From Azolla caroliniana (lineage: Eukaryota > Plantae > Polypodiophyta): 64,000 bases of DNA. A program made the translations under genes and the position numbers. Location: assembly GCA_043228905.1 (NCBI GenBank), contig JBHGNT010000008.1, positions 16,678,001 to 16,742,000 of the forward strand. The letters run 5' to 3'. The notes beneath the pieces are model-generated. The model searched no databases and was not told the DNA's origin. It saw only the letters and a program-made list of their open reading frames with translations. Each line of letters begins with the position of its first letter. Position 1 is the first letter of the stretch. Shown here in pieces: positions 51,450 to 64,000 of this stretch.

Positions 51450-52099
51450 GCAAAATTTTATGAAAATTAACATTTTTTATACAAATAAAACCCCATTTGA
51501 AAGGTTTTTAAACTTTCAAAGATGAGTGTTACTTGAAATCGTATGATCTTTTACTTCACATTCACATGCTCTTGTTGCTCGCTCATTTGTTGATTATCAA
51601 TGCCCCTATGCCCACACTAAGATCAAGTTATAGCACTATATAAATTATGACACATAAATGTCCTCCATTACCTATCCTCACTCATACCTTATGACGTATA
51701 TTCACATGCACAAGATTCTCTAAAGAAAACTTTGAAATGCATTTAGTTCCTTGCAAGATTTTCAAAGTGATGCATGTTGACACTTTTCCCACATTGACAA
51801 GACCTCTACATTGTTTTTGCTTTATGGTGATACTTGTCACTAGGTACCCCTATTTCATTCTTTGGTCTATCTCCTAATGCTTTGACTAACTTTATTATAT
51901 AAGTATCATTGGATTTTTCCATCTTTTTACACATGTCATGAACACACATAGAGGCACAAATTACATCTATACATTAACAAAGAATATATGAAAATGCACA
52001 CGGTGGCCCTCATGCAACAAGCTCTTCCTTCGAGGACTATATACAATAATTTGATGCATGCATAGATTAAGCAATAAAAACTTAGAAACTTGAAACACA

Positions 52100-53509
52100 C
52101 TATGAAATCTTTAAACCAAAACCTTTCCAAGAAAACTACATGAGGGACTACATATTGCAAAGGTTTTATCCCAAAACTAGTGGAGATTGGAAGCCCAGTG
52201 TTCGATGGAGTTTTGTGGAAGACAATAGGATTGTTATTCTACCAAATGGGAAGAAAATTTTGCTCGATCTGTTATTAATTCGTGGAAGGATGTCTCTTTG
52301 GATCATAGGGGACAACCCTTGATTTGAAATTCCATCTTCATTGATAATAGGGGACATATGTTTGGAAAGCGTACACAATGCGCATGGGCAGAATTAGATT
52401 GGGAACCAACACAAATTATAGGTGCTTGGACAACATTTTTGTCCTCATCAACAAACCAAAGAACGTTGGTTCTTAATAAGATAAGGGGAGGAATGACAAT
52501 GTTTTATTTGATACAAGCCATCTTTTATAATGTGCAAATGCAATTTCAACCTTCTACACGTAAGTGGATAGGTGTCTTTACTCCATTGGATGTTTTGTTG
52601 GAGTAACCTCATATACTAGGAAGAAGCTTTAATGACTTTTGATGTATATGATGATATTGTAGGTTAAATTACACACACATAGAAGATTATTTGCTTTCCT
52701 TTTGTTTACAAAAAGAAGTGGTTGCCCTAGCAAATGTTGCGTCAAACTAGTTTTAGATCTAGATCCACAAAAGGTGAATCTTTGATGGAGGTTTTGGATT
52801 ATGGGAAGGAGACCAGTGTTTAGGACCTAGGTTAAATTGGAATTCTGAAGAATTTTATTGGAAAATGTTGTTTCAAGATGAAATAGAACAGGTGCCTTCT
52901 TTTTTAGTATTTTGTGAAGATTGGCATGAAACTATTAGGTGTTAGGTCCATGAAGGAATCAATTACAAACGTTTCCCGGAGATAGAATGGAAGTTTTCTA
53001 CAACAACTGAAACCATTTTGGAAATGGTTATGGGACATGAAAAAGTGTCGGAAAATTATATGTTTTAGATGTTTGATAATTCATAGAGCAATACCAATTA
53101 AAAAGTGGAAAAAAGGGTGAATGCAAACGATATGTATCATTTTTTACGCACCTAGTGAAGATTGCTAAGCATTGTTTGTGGAGTTGTGATTTTGCGATGG
53201 AAATATGGAAAAGAATCTTAAAACTATTAGTATTAGTATATCCTTGAACATTGTATACATGGAGGTGGTATTATGGGCGGTTGCACAAGGTAAACCAATC
53301 TTATATGACCAAAAGGATGTTGCACATGCTCTTTCTCTTAGACATGGTTTGATGTGAAAAACAATTATAGCATGAATCCACAAATAATGATTGGTAAAAC
53401 TGAAATACGGTTGTTGGTAAGTAATATCACAGTTTGGTATATTTGGAAGGTCGAGTGCTTGAAGGTATTTCAAAATATGATAGAAAGACATGCTCATACA
53501 ATTATCAGG
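52100..53509 (+). pseudogene. Highly decayed LINE ORF2 C-terminal remnant (continues at 59210-59700)
   Basis: Trp-rich broken frames, and ITIWYIWKVEC..FQN resembles the W-x-I-W-x2-RN-x3-F motif at the end of plant LINE ORF2. Confidence 0.5.
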
Positions 53510-53522
53510 TTTAGGGTTTAGG

Positions 53523-56500
53523 GTGCGGAAGCAAGTATGAAGACAGAACAGAAGGAAGAACACTCAGGTTTAATGGAGAGCTTGAGCTTACGCAGTATAC
53601 ACGGGAGAGACAAAGAGAGTGAGAGAGAGAAAACACAAGAACTATATTAAAAACTCTATTCACCACACTCTATACATATGTGTGTTCCATGAACACTTTT
53701 ATACAAGTCCTCGAAGGAATGACCGAAGTACTTACCGTACTTCAATGCTCTTTAAGAGCTCCTACACTAACTCCCAAATATATTCCTCACGGAATATCTT
53801 TCCTAACGGCCTCCCGGTTTACGCACTCGGCCTAACCGATCGGTCCCAACCGATCCGGTCCTCGGCTTCTTCAGCCGATCCGGCCGATGTTGAGCTTGTC
53901 TCTCAACACTCCCCCTCAAGCTCAACTCGAGGCTCTTCGGGATCTTCGGGCTCACAGCTCCGGTTCCTCCTGGCTTCACGCCTCGCTCGCGCTCCTCAAC
54001 CTGTTCAACTCCGCGCGCTTCGACCCTTCTGGTCGGCTTGTCTGCTCACGTGGCCCTTATCAGCTCTTCTGTTGTTGCGGTGTTGACGCTTCTCCTGCTG
54101 CCTTTTCTTCCGCTTGGGCCTCAGTTGATTCCGCGTATCTTAATCAAACATCCGAACAGCCTCGGCTACCTCCGATCGGTTTTCGCTCTCGTCCGAGTTG
54201 GTTGTCTCCAACTCGTCTTCGGTCTTCTCGCCCTCAATGGCGTCATCTTCCCCATGCATGGTTGGCTTCGGCTTTCTCCTTCGGCTGCTCCCCTTCTGTT
54301 CGCTTCCGGACTTTTCCGCGGGTCTGCCCTCAGCTTCTTCAGCCGATCCGAAGTCAAACTCGACAACCGAGTCAACCGACTCGGTGTCGCGGTCTCCGCC
54401 CCATTCCTGCTGCTTTGCTTGGTCGTTCGGGACTGTTCTCCCCCTCAAGTTTGGCACGTCGAGGTAACGCAATCCGAGCGCACCGGAGAATTGCCGCAAC
54501 TTGTCCAGACCAAGGGGCTTAGTGAATATGTCGGCAATCTGCCGATCCGTCGGAACGTACTGAAGTTCGACTTCACCGGAAAGGACACGCTCACAGACGA
54601 AATGGTAGTGCACCTCAATGTGCTTGGTCCGTGCGTGGAAAAAGGGGTTTTTCGCGAGCTGGATGCTGCTGAGGTTGTCGCAGTAGATCGTCGTCAGATC
54701 TGACACCTCCTCTTACAGGTCCTTAAGTAGCCGTTTCAACCATATGGCTTCGCATGTCGCGACAGCCGCTCCTCGGTAGTCAGCTTTGGTGCTCGACAGT
54801 GCAACTGTCGGCTGCTTCTTACTGCTCCATGCGATCGCGGCACTCCCGAGGGAGAACGCGTATCCGGACGTGGATCAGCGATCGGCGGCGGTGCCAGCCC
54901 AATCAGCATCGGTGTAGCCGACTAACTATGCGGTTGCACCGGTTCGATATAGCAATCCTCGGTCCTTAGTGCCATTGACATACCGAAGTATGTGTTGTGC
55001 ACACTGAAGATGCTCCTCGGTAGGTCGCGCCATGAACTGACTCAGCACTCCAACCGGATAATTGAGATCGGGTCAAGTGATGGTCAAGTATATGACGCTT
55101 CCGACAATTTGTCGGAACCTCGTCGGGTCGCATACCTTTCCCGTATCGGGACAAAGCTTGACGGTTCTGTCCAGAGGAGTCGAGACGGACTTACAGTTGG
55201 CCATCCCGAATTTGAAGAGCATACTCAACATGTAATGACGTTGACTGATCAATATGCCTTTGGGGGTACGGATCACTTCGATCCCGAGGAAGTAATGAAG
55301 GTCCCCTAGATCCTTCATGTCGAACGATGTCGCAAGCTGGAGCTTCACGCGGTCGATTTCACCTAGGTCGACGCCGGTGATGACCAAGTCATCAACATAT
55401 AGTAAAATACTAACCGGTTCGAGTCGACCTTTCTGGATGAACAGGGAAGAGTCTGATTTTGACGTGACGAAGCCCATCCAACGCAGTTGTTGCGTGATCT
55501 TCGCGTTCCAGGCACGCAGGGCTTGCTTCAGTCCGTAAAGGGACTTCTTCAGTCGGCATACTGCCGAGGAGTTCATTCCAAAGTGAAATCCGGGGGTTTG
55601 TACCATGTACACCTGTTCCTCAAGGTCACCTTGCAGGAACGCATTCTTTACATCCATCTGATGTAAGTGTCACCCCTTCACCGCAGCTACTACGAGCAAA
55701 ACACGGACGATCGTCATTTTCGCGACCGGCGCAAACGTCTCATCGTAGTCGATGCCGTGTTTCTGCGCATAGCCCTTTGCCACTAGTTGAGCCTTGTACC
55801 CGTTAACGGTGCCATCGGTGTTGTACTTGACCTTGTACACCCACCTACACCCGATCGGTTTTACCCCTATTGGTGCGTCAACCAGGTCCCAGGTCTCGTT
55901 CTCCGTCAATGCGTGCATCTCTTCCTCCATCGTGGCACGCCAATTCGCGTCTTTAGCCGCTTCTGCGTAGCTCTCCGGCTCACGCACTTCCGCTACACGG
56001 GTCATGTACACATAATGATGCGCCATGTACTCGTTGTATCCGAACCGCAAAACAGGATTCTTCTTGCAGGTAGATCGGCGTAACCTCGCATTAGCCGATA
56101 TCGAGGTCTTCTCGGTCGACGCGGACATCACCTTTAAAGACCCGTCACCGGTTCCCTTGGAGTGGGACTCGTGTCGGTCTGACTCGTTCCTTTCCGTGTT
56201 GGAATCCGACACCTTCTTCTTCCCTTTCTCTTTGCGCGTAAGCCGTCTCCTCGGCTTCCTGCGCGGGGAATGCACGGCCGAGTTTCCACTACTCGCCGGC
56301 TCTTCATCGGACTAGTCATACCGACTCAGTCGTCCAATTGGTCCGCTTAAATGGAGTGAAATCGGACTCTCTTCGCGGGTCTCGATTTCGGGTTCATCCG
56401 GAGGCATCTCGGCCTCGCTGACCTCATCATCAAAGCTCGGATTGGAGTCGGGGTTCGGAGTCGGGGGCTGGTACCCGGACGCGGACTCGTCAAACACAAC

Positions 56501-59209
56501 GTCGCGGCTAACACGCGCTTGTTTGGTGCGAGGGTTATAGCACTTATAACCCTTCTACTCGTCCGAGTAACCGACCAAGATGCATTTCTCGGCCTTTGCA
56601 TCCAGCTTCCTCCTTTTCTCCTTCAGTACATGCACATACGCAATGCTACCGAACACCCTCAAGTGTCGCAAGTTCGGCTTCGTTCTGAAATATAGCTCAT
56701 GCGCCGACACTTTGTCTCCGATCCGGTTCTGGATGTATACCGCGGTCCTTACCGCCTCGGCCCAGTAGAACTTGGGCAAGCGCTTCTCCTCCAGCATTGC
56801 TCGTGCCGCTTCCACAACTGACCGATTCTTCCTCTCGGCCACGCCGTTCTGCTCCGGCGTGTATCTACAACTGAATTCGCGCTGAATTCCCATTTGTTGT
56901 AGATAGCCATTGAATTGACCGGAGAAGTACTCTTTCCCGCCATCCGACCACAGGCACTTGATCTTTCGTCCCGTTTCCGTTTCCACGAACCCTTTGAGGT
57001 CCCGAAAGCAATCGAAGACTTCGCTCTTCCTCTCAATGAGGTAGATCCACGTGTGCCGCGTGTGGTCGTCGATGAAGGAGACGAAATATCGGCTCCCGCC
57101 AAGACTAACGTTTTGTGCCAGCCCCCATACATCGGAGTGTATAAGGTCGAGCTTGTTCCGGCTCAGGTTTCGCTCGTTGGGGAAAGGAAGTCGGTGTTGC
57201 TTCCCGAGCTGGCAAGCTTCACAAATTTGTTCCTTTCGACCACTAAATTTGGGCAATCCGAACACTACCTATTTCAATTGCAGATCTTGAAGCCGCTCGT
57301 AGTTGACGTGGCCTATCCGCTTGTGCCACAAGTCGATGTCCGACTCGGTTTTTCTTCCCTTCGCGAACATTGCGGTGCCGCCGTCAGTGGAGTCGAGGAT
57401 GAACATCCTCCCGTCTCTGCGCCCTTGCGCAATCACACGGCTTTCTTCCTAAATGAAGCACCCGAGGTGTGTAAACCGAACCTCCACCCCTTGGTCGACG
57501 ATCTGTCCGACCGAGACCAAGTTCTTCGTGATTGTCGAAACGTGCAGCACGTTCATGAGTTTCCCTTTCTACCCGACATGGCTAAGGGGAACTTCTCCAA
57601 CATTCGCGATCAGATGCGGAGTGTCATCTCCAGTTGCGACTACTCCAGGTTGTATCGGTTTTTCAAGGTACGAGAACCACTCCTTATGGCTCGTCATGTG
57701 GTTTGACGCGCCGGAGTCTACGTACCACACCTCGTCCGATCTCGGGGTGCTCTGTTTCATTGAGTTTGCTTCGTGTTTCATCACGAAGGCAGACCCTTCT
57801 CCAGCTCTCCCAGAGTCTTCGGCGTAGTGCGATCGCTGCCGATTTCACTTGTCGGTGTGTCCGGAGCCGTTTCCGGAACCGGTTCTCTCCGAATCGGCGC
57901 GCTTCTTCCAGCACTCACTTTCCCTGTGGCCTTTCTTGCCACATTACCAGCACTCCACGATGGCCTTCCCTTGCCGGTTCTCATCGCTTCGACTCCCCTT
58001 GTTTCCGGAGGGTCCGGAGTTGCTGTCGGCATCACTTCGGTGCCTTCTTCCTTGATCTCGTCGGCCGCCTCCATTGCGCGCCGACTCGCCTCGTCCTCCA
58101 CGTCCACGGGGCCTATCTCCCTCCGTGTACAGCATTTTGTTGTCGGTGTGCGTGCTTGTAGACGCATCCGTGTGGTTCTCCTCTACCAGGAGCATTGACT
58201 GTAAGTCGAAAAAGGACGGCGTATTCTCTCGGGTACACACAGCCGTCCGGAACGCCCCGAACTTCGACGCCAAACCTCCGAGACAGATCTGGACCATCTC
58301 ACTCTCCTCGATGTTCACCTCTATGGAGGCAAGGGAGTCGCAGATATCCTTGATCTTCGAGGTATAGTCCGCCACCGACAAGTCGCGTTGTCGTAGGTTG
58401 CTCAACTCCTATCGGAGCTTAAGCTTCCTAGCTGTGGTGCTCGCGGCAAAAATCTTCTTCAGATTTTCCCACGCACCCTTCGGCGTCTTTGCATCCCGAA
58501 CATAGCTCAATAGCTGTTCGCCCACACACGACGCGAAGCAGTATAATACCCTGCTCGCCGATTGCTCCCACGACGGGAAGTCTCTGTGTGTCGATTCGGG
58601 TGCCGCGTCATTAGCTCCTTCAACATAACTCCAGTAGCCGTGCCCGAGCAGGTATTGGTGCATCTTGTAAGACCAAGACGCGTAGTTGGTTCTGTCGAGC
58701 TTCTCTGTTGGAAGCGAGCTCGCCATGCCTCTATCCATCGTTCTTCTTGTTCTTCTTCGTCAAGCTGTGTCGGCTGCAGAGAGCTTCTCAACCCTCACGC
58801 TCTGATACCATGTAGAAAGTAGCGTGCGGAAGCAAGTATGAAGACAGAATAGAAGGAAGAACACTCAGGTTTAATGGAGAGCTTGAGCTTACGCAGTATA
58901 CACGGGAGAGACAAAGAGAGTGAGAGAGAGAAAACACAAGAACTATATTAAAAACTCTATTCACCACACTCTATACATATGTGTGTTCCATGAACACTTT
59001 TATACAAGTCCCCGAAGGACTGACCGAAGTACTGACCGTACTTCAATGCTCTTTAAGAGCTCCTACACTAACTCCCAAATATATTCCTCACGGAATATCT
59101 TTCCTAACGGCCTCCCGGTTTACGCACTCGGCCTAACCGATCGGTCCCAACCGATCCGGTCCTCGGCTTCTTCAACCGATCCGGCCGATGTTGAGCTTGT
59201 GTCTCAACA
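53523..59209 (-). mobile_element. Ty1/Copia element C, near full length but disrupted (5' LTR 58811-59209; truncated 3' LTR 53523-53908)
   Basis: PBS TGGTATCAGAGC at 58799-58810 and PPT at 53909-53920. Gag, DSGAS, integrase SDGGKE, RT YVDD and RNase H ADIFTK are present in broken frames. Confidence 0.93.
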
Positions 59210-61024
59210 ATATCCTTGAACGTTGTATACATGGAGGTGGTATTATGGGCGGTTGCACAAGGTAAACCAATCTTATATGACCAAAAGGATGTTGCACATG
59301 CTCTTTCTCTTAGACATGGTTTGATGTGAAAAACAATTATAGCATGAATCCACAAATAATGATTGGAAAAACTGAAATACGGTTGTTGGTAAGTAGTATC
59401 ACAATTTGGTATATTTGGAAGGTCGAGTGCTTGAAGGTATTTCAAAATATGATAGAAAGACATGCTCATACAATTATCGGGATTTGGATAGAGATTGTGC
59501 ATAATCTAAGAGGTTCTTTGGATAACATGAACAATAATACTCAACAAGCAAAGTTATATATGATTGGAGTTTCATGCCATATGGGGCAAAGGAATATTTT
59601 ATAGACAGTTTTTTGACAAGATGGAGTGGTTTGACTCTACACCAAAAGTGGGTACCAATATGTAGGTATTTCATGTTCAACGTCAGGATGTACTAATGTA
59701 GTATCTTTTCTCGAAAAAAAATATATGAGGGATTTTGTTAAGGCATAAATTCATGGGTTTATTTCAACTTGAACCAAATTATTAGTATACACTCAATTTT
59801 CAACTTTTCAAGAAAGGGTTATTTTCGCCTCCTAGCTGCCTACAAAGTGGAAGGAACAACATCGTGGAGCGCGGTGACCTAGACCAATCCCTTGGATGAT
59901 AACTGGATGGACACCTTCAACACAGGCAATTGGTGTTATGAATGCACAAGAGGTAAAATCGTTAAGACCCGATTTGAGAGAGGCTTGACAACCACATCCC
60001 CCCCCCTTTCGAGAGATTTGGATATTGATCGCAGGCTTCACCCTTTGGTATGTGTGGAAAGCCCGTTGCCTAAAGGTCTTCCAATATATGGTACACCCCC
60101 CCCCCCTCCCCCCAAGGAATTGATCATGGATATATGGTTCGCGATTATCAATTGCCCTTGTAGGCAGCTGGACAAGGTTTGTGACCTCTCCGATGACGTG
60201 GTCAGTACCTGTTTACGTTTTTTGGCAAAAATGGAGGAGCACACCTATGATACGAGGAAATGGCACGAGGTAGAACTACCAACCCCCACGATGGTTGTTT
60301 CCAACGATGCTAGTCAGTTAAGAGTCGGGGGATCATACTCATGCTAGTCAACGATGGATTTGAAAATATGTTTATAGCTCTATGTACATACTTACATTAA
60401 GCAGAAAATATGAGAGGATATGTACGTAGCCATAATTGCTTTCTCATATTCTAGAACTCGGTTGGGGGGTGATTCCCCAATATATATATATATATAAGCC
60501 ACCTTGTATAACCTTTCTGTAAAAATCTCTCCTAACTAATGGGAAAGTAGCATTTATTTTGGGAACACACATACTAGAACTCTTATTTTACTATCAAACA
60601 AGCTCTACACGAGCTCTACATCATAGACATATTGGGTTCTACTTGGTCATCTAGCCACTCTTGCAAGGCCTTTGTGGTGTGTCTCCCCATAACAATAGCT
60701 CACACAATTGTGTCAATCTTGGCACTAGGGGCCATCTTAAGGGATTGACATGTGAGTGTTACCCAATGGAAGGGTATTAGATCCACGAGATTTGGAGATT
60801 CAGGTACAACTCGCATCATTTGCTCGACTCCGATCACTCGCCAAATTTTAAAATAAATTCCCAAGTTTTTGTTTTTGTCAAAATTCAGGGTTTTTTTCTA
60901 CCTCATGGAGAAAAGTGAAAGAAGATGAATTTTGACTTAGTGGTGAGGTTCACTGAATATAAACTTGAGTAGTGAGAGATGATGCTTCGCTTAGGCCCAC
61001 ATCAACGATTCCCTCCATAGGTTG

Positions 61025-61530
61025 TGCTAGGAAACCGGTCCCTCCGGATGAGAACCGGACAAGTCGAAGGAAGGAACCGGACCGGATGGATTTGGACGGT
61101 CATATTTGTAAATAGCCCCAAAGTTATATAAGTAGTGCAATATTGTTAAGATGATTTTTGTTATCATTGTTGTCGTTAGTTGTACAGAGAGTGAGTGAGT
61201 GAGTGAGTGAGTGAGTGAGTGAGTGAGTGAGTGAGTGAGTGAGTGAGTGAGTGAGAGAGTGAGAGAGAGATACATAAAGCTTTTCTGTTGTAACCGCTTG
61301 TTGGAGAGGACAGCGCTCGAGGTCGTTGCCTCCAATTCTCACACTATTGTACCCCTCCTCTATAGTGATCCTGTTCGGAGTCAGAGAACTCCCATGGTTT
61401 TCCCCAATTAGGGTTTCCACGTTGATACCCTATGTCGACTCATTTCATGTGTAAGTGCATTAATCTTATTTCTGTTCTATTTCTTCCATTGTGATTGAGA
61501 CTTGGTTGTGGCCGAGCACTATTCCGTGCA
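61025..61530 (+). mobile_element. Solo LTR related to the Copia B LTR
   Basis: TG...CA ends with TSD GGTTG on both sides. It shares GGTCCCTCCGGATG, TATTTGTAAATAGCCC, GAGGTCGTTGCCTC, TAGGGTTTCCACG and GCCGAGCACT with LTR B. It has a (GAGT)n tract in place of (GA)n. Confidence 0.88.
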
Positions 61531-61847
61531 GGTTGTTCCATGAGGACATAAACATGTTCTCTTCAGGGGAGCCTTGCCAACTTATTGTTTCAAAATGACT
61601 CATTGCATAGGGCAATTGCCGGTCACTTGCGCTACATGAGAGAAAAACTCCATAGTTTACATGAGGAAATGAGTGTTTTCACCCAAGGAGAGACTTGCCA
61701 AGAACTCATTGTTGATATTGCAAGGGCTTTCATCGCCTCCCTTTTGCTTCTTTCTTCTAGCATTGTTTATTTGCGAATGAAAATTTGCAAATGCGCATAT
61801 ACAAATAAATGTGGTGATAAATGGATAATGAGTTTTTAATAGATTAC

Positions 61848-64000
61848 TGTTGAGAGACAAGCTCAACATCGGCCGGATCGGCTGAAGAAGCCGAGGACCG
61901 GATCGGTTGGGACCGATCGGTTAGGCCGAGTGCGTAAACCGGGAGATCGTTAGGAAAGATATTCCGTGAGGAATATATTTTGGAGTTAGTGTAGGAGCTC
62001 TTAATGAGCATTGAAGTACTGTCAGTACTTCTGTCAGTCCTTCTAGGACTTGTATAAAAGTGTTCATTGAACACACATATGTATAGAGTAGTGAATCGAG
62101 ATCCTTTGTTGTTGAATATAGTTCTTCTTTCTCTCTCTTTCTCTCTCCTGCGTATACAGCGTAAGCTCAAGCTCTCCATTAAACCTGAGATTTCTATCTT
62201 CTGTTCGGTCTTCATACTTTCTTCCGCACGCTACTTTCTACATGGTATCAGAGCGCGAGGGTTGAGAACCTCTCTGCAGCCGACACAGTGACGAAGAAGA
62301 ACAAGAAGAATGATGGATAGAGGCATGGCGAGCTCGCTTCCAACAGAGAAACTCGACAGAACCAACTACGCGTCTTGGTCCTACAAGATGCACCAGTACC
62401 TGCTCGGGCACGGCTACTGGAGTTATGTTGAAGGAGCTAATGACGCGGCACCCGAATCGACACACAGAGACTTCCCGTCGTGGGAGGAATCGGCGTGCAG
62501 GGTATTATACTGCTTCGCGTCGTGTGTGGGCGAACAACTATTGAGCTATGTCCGGGAAGCAAAGACGTGAAAGGGTGCGTGGGAAAATCTGAAGAAGATT
62601 TTCGCCGCAAGCACCACAGCTAGGAAGCTCCAGCTCCGACAGGAGTTGAGCAACCTACGACAACACGACTTGTCGGTGGAGAACTATACCTCGAAGATCA
62701 AGGATATCTGCGACTCCCTCGCCTCCATAGAGGTAAACACCAAGGAGAGCGAGATGATCCAGATCTGTCTTAGAGGTTTGGCATCGAAGTTCGGAGCGTT
62801 CCGAACGGCTGTGTGTACCCGGGAGAATACGTCGTCCTTTTTCGACTTATAGTCGATGCTCCTGGTAGAGGAGAACCACGCGGGTGCGTCGACGAGCACG
62901 CACATCGACAGCAAGATGTTGTACATGGAAGGAGAAAGGCCCCGTGGTCGTGGCGGACGAGGCGAGTTGGTACGCAATGGAGGCGGCCGACGAGATCAAG
63001 GAAGATGGCACCGAAGTGATGCCAACAGCAACTCCGGACCCTCCGGAAACAGGGGGAGTCGAAGCGATGAGAACCGGCAAGGGAAGGCCATCGCGGAGTA
63101 CTGGTACTGTGGCAAGAAAGGCCACAGGGAAAGTGAGTGTTGGAAGAAGCGCGCCGATTCGGAGAGAACCGGTTCCGGAAACGGCTCCGGACATACCGAC
63201 AAGGGAAATCGGCAGCGATCGCACTACGCCAAAGACTCCGGGAGAGTCAGAGAAGGGTATGTCTTCGTGACGAGACACGAAGCAAACTCAATGAAACAGA
63301 GCACCCCGAGATCGGACGAGGTGTGGTACGTAGACTCCGGCGCGTCAAACCACATGACGAGCCATAAGGAGTGGTTCTCGTACCTTGAAAAACCGATACA
63401 ACCTGGAGTAGTCGCAACTGGAGACGACACTCCGCATCCAATCGCGAATGTCGAAAAAGTTCCCCTTAGCCATGTCGGGCAGAAAGGGAAACTCATGAAC
63501 GTGTTGCACGTCCCGACAATCACGAAGAACTTGGTCTCGGTCGGACAGATCGTCGACCAAGGGATGGAGGTTCGGTTTACACACCTCGGGTGCTTCATTG
63601 AGGAAGAAGGTCGTGTGATTGCGCAAGGGCGCAGAGACGGGAGGATGTTCATCCTCGACTCCACTGACGGCGGCACCGCAATGTTCGTGAAGGGAAGAAA
63701 AACCGAGTCGGACATCGACTTGTGGCACAAGCGGATAGGCCACGTCAACTACCAGCGGCTTCAAGATCTGCAATCGAAACAGGTAGTGTTCGGATTGCCC
63801 AAATTTAGTGGCTGAAAGGCACAAATTTGTGAAGCCTGCCAGCTCGGGAAGCAGCACCGACTTCCTTTCCCCAACGAGCGAAACTGGAGCCGGAACAAGC
63901 TCGACCTTATACACTCCGATGTGTGGGGGCCGGCACAAAACGTTAGTCTTGGCGGGAGCCGATATTTCGTCTCCTTCATCGACGACCACACGCGGCACAC
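61848..64000 (+). mobile_element. Ty1/Copia element D (same family as C), 5' part; runs off the window
   Basis: LTR 61848-62242 and PBS 62243-62254. Gag-pol from 62310 has stops at 62568, 62850 and 63813. Confidence 0.93.

Noticed and set aside
59892-60347. 151-aa ORF with CxxC and poly-Pro
   Set aside because: No recognisable domain or splice context; possibly a decayed retroelement fragment, so it is not supportable as a gene.

Overview
This window is eukaryotic, plant-type DNA (GT-AG introns, TTTAGGG repeats, tRNA-Met-primed Copia elements) with no recognisable host gene. It is a deeply nested transposon pile whose boundaries can mostly be read from TIRs, LTRs and TSDs. Main result: three diverged copies of a TIR DNA transposon (33-bp TIR AACACCGGGTCATTTGAAACAGGTAATATGTCG, 4-bp TSD, Sola-like DDD transposase) carry a divergently transcribed, spliced second gene. 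That gene encodes a ParB/Srx-like domain followed by a beta-class amino (N6-adenine/N4-cytosine) DNA methyltransferase, an architecture typical of phages and bacteria. All three copies are damaged, but together they reconstruct the enzyme motifs. A 12.2-kb Sola2-type element appears intact and carries a 3-exon transposase plus a convergent 6-exon coiled-coil/RING gene. Also present are an intact young Copia, three degenerate Copia copies, two Gypsy-like elements, a hAT element, a hAT-type MITE, a solo LTR, LINE remnants and several tandem arrays. All family assignments come from motif recognition by eye; no database search was run.
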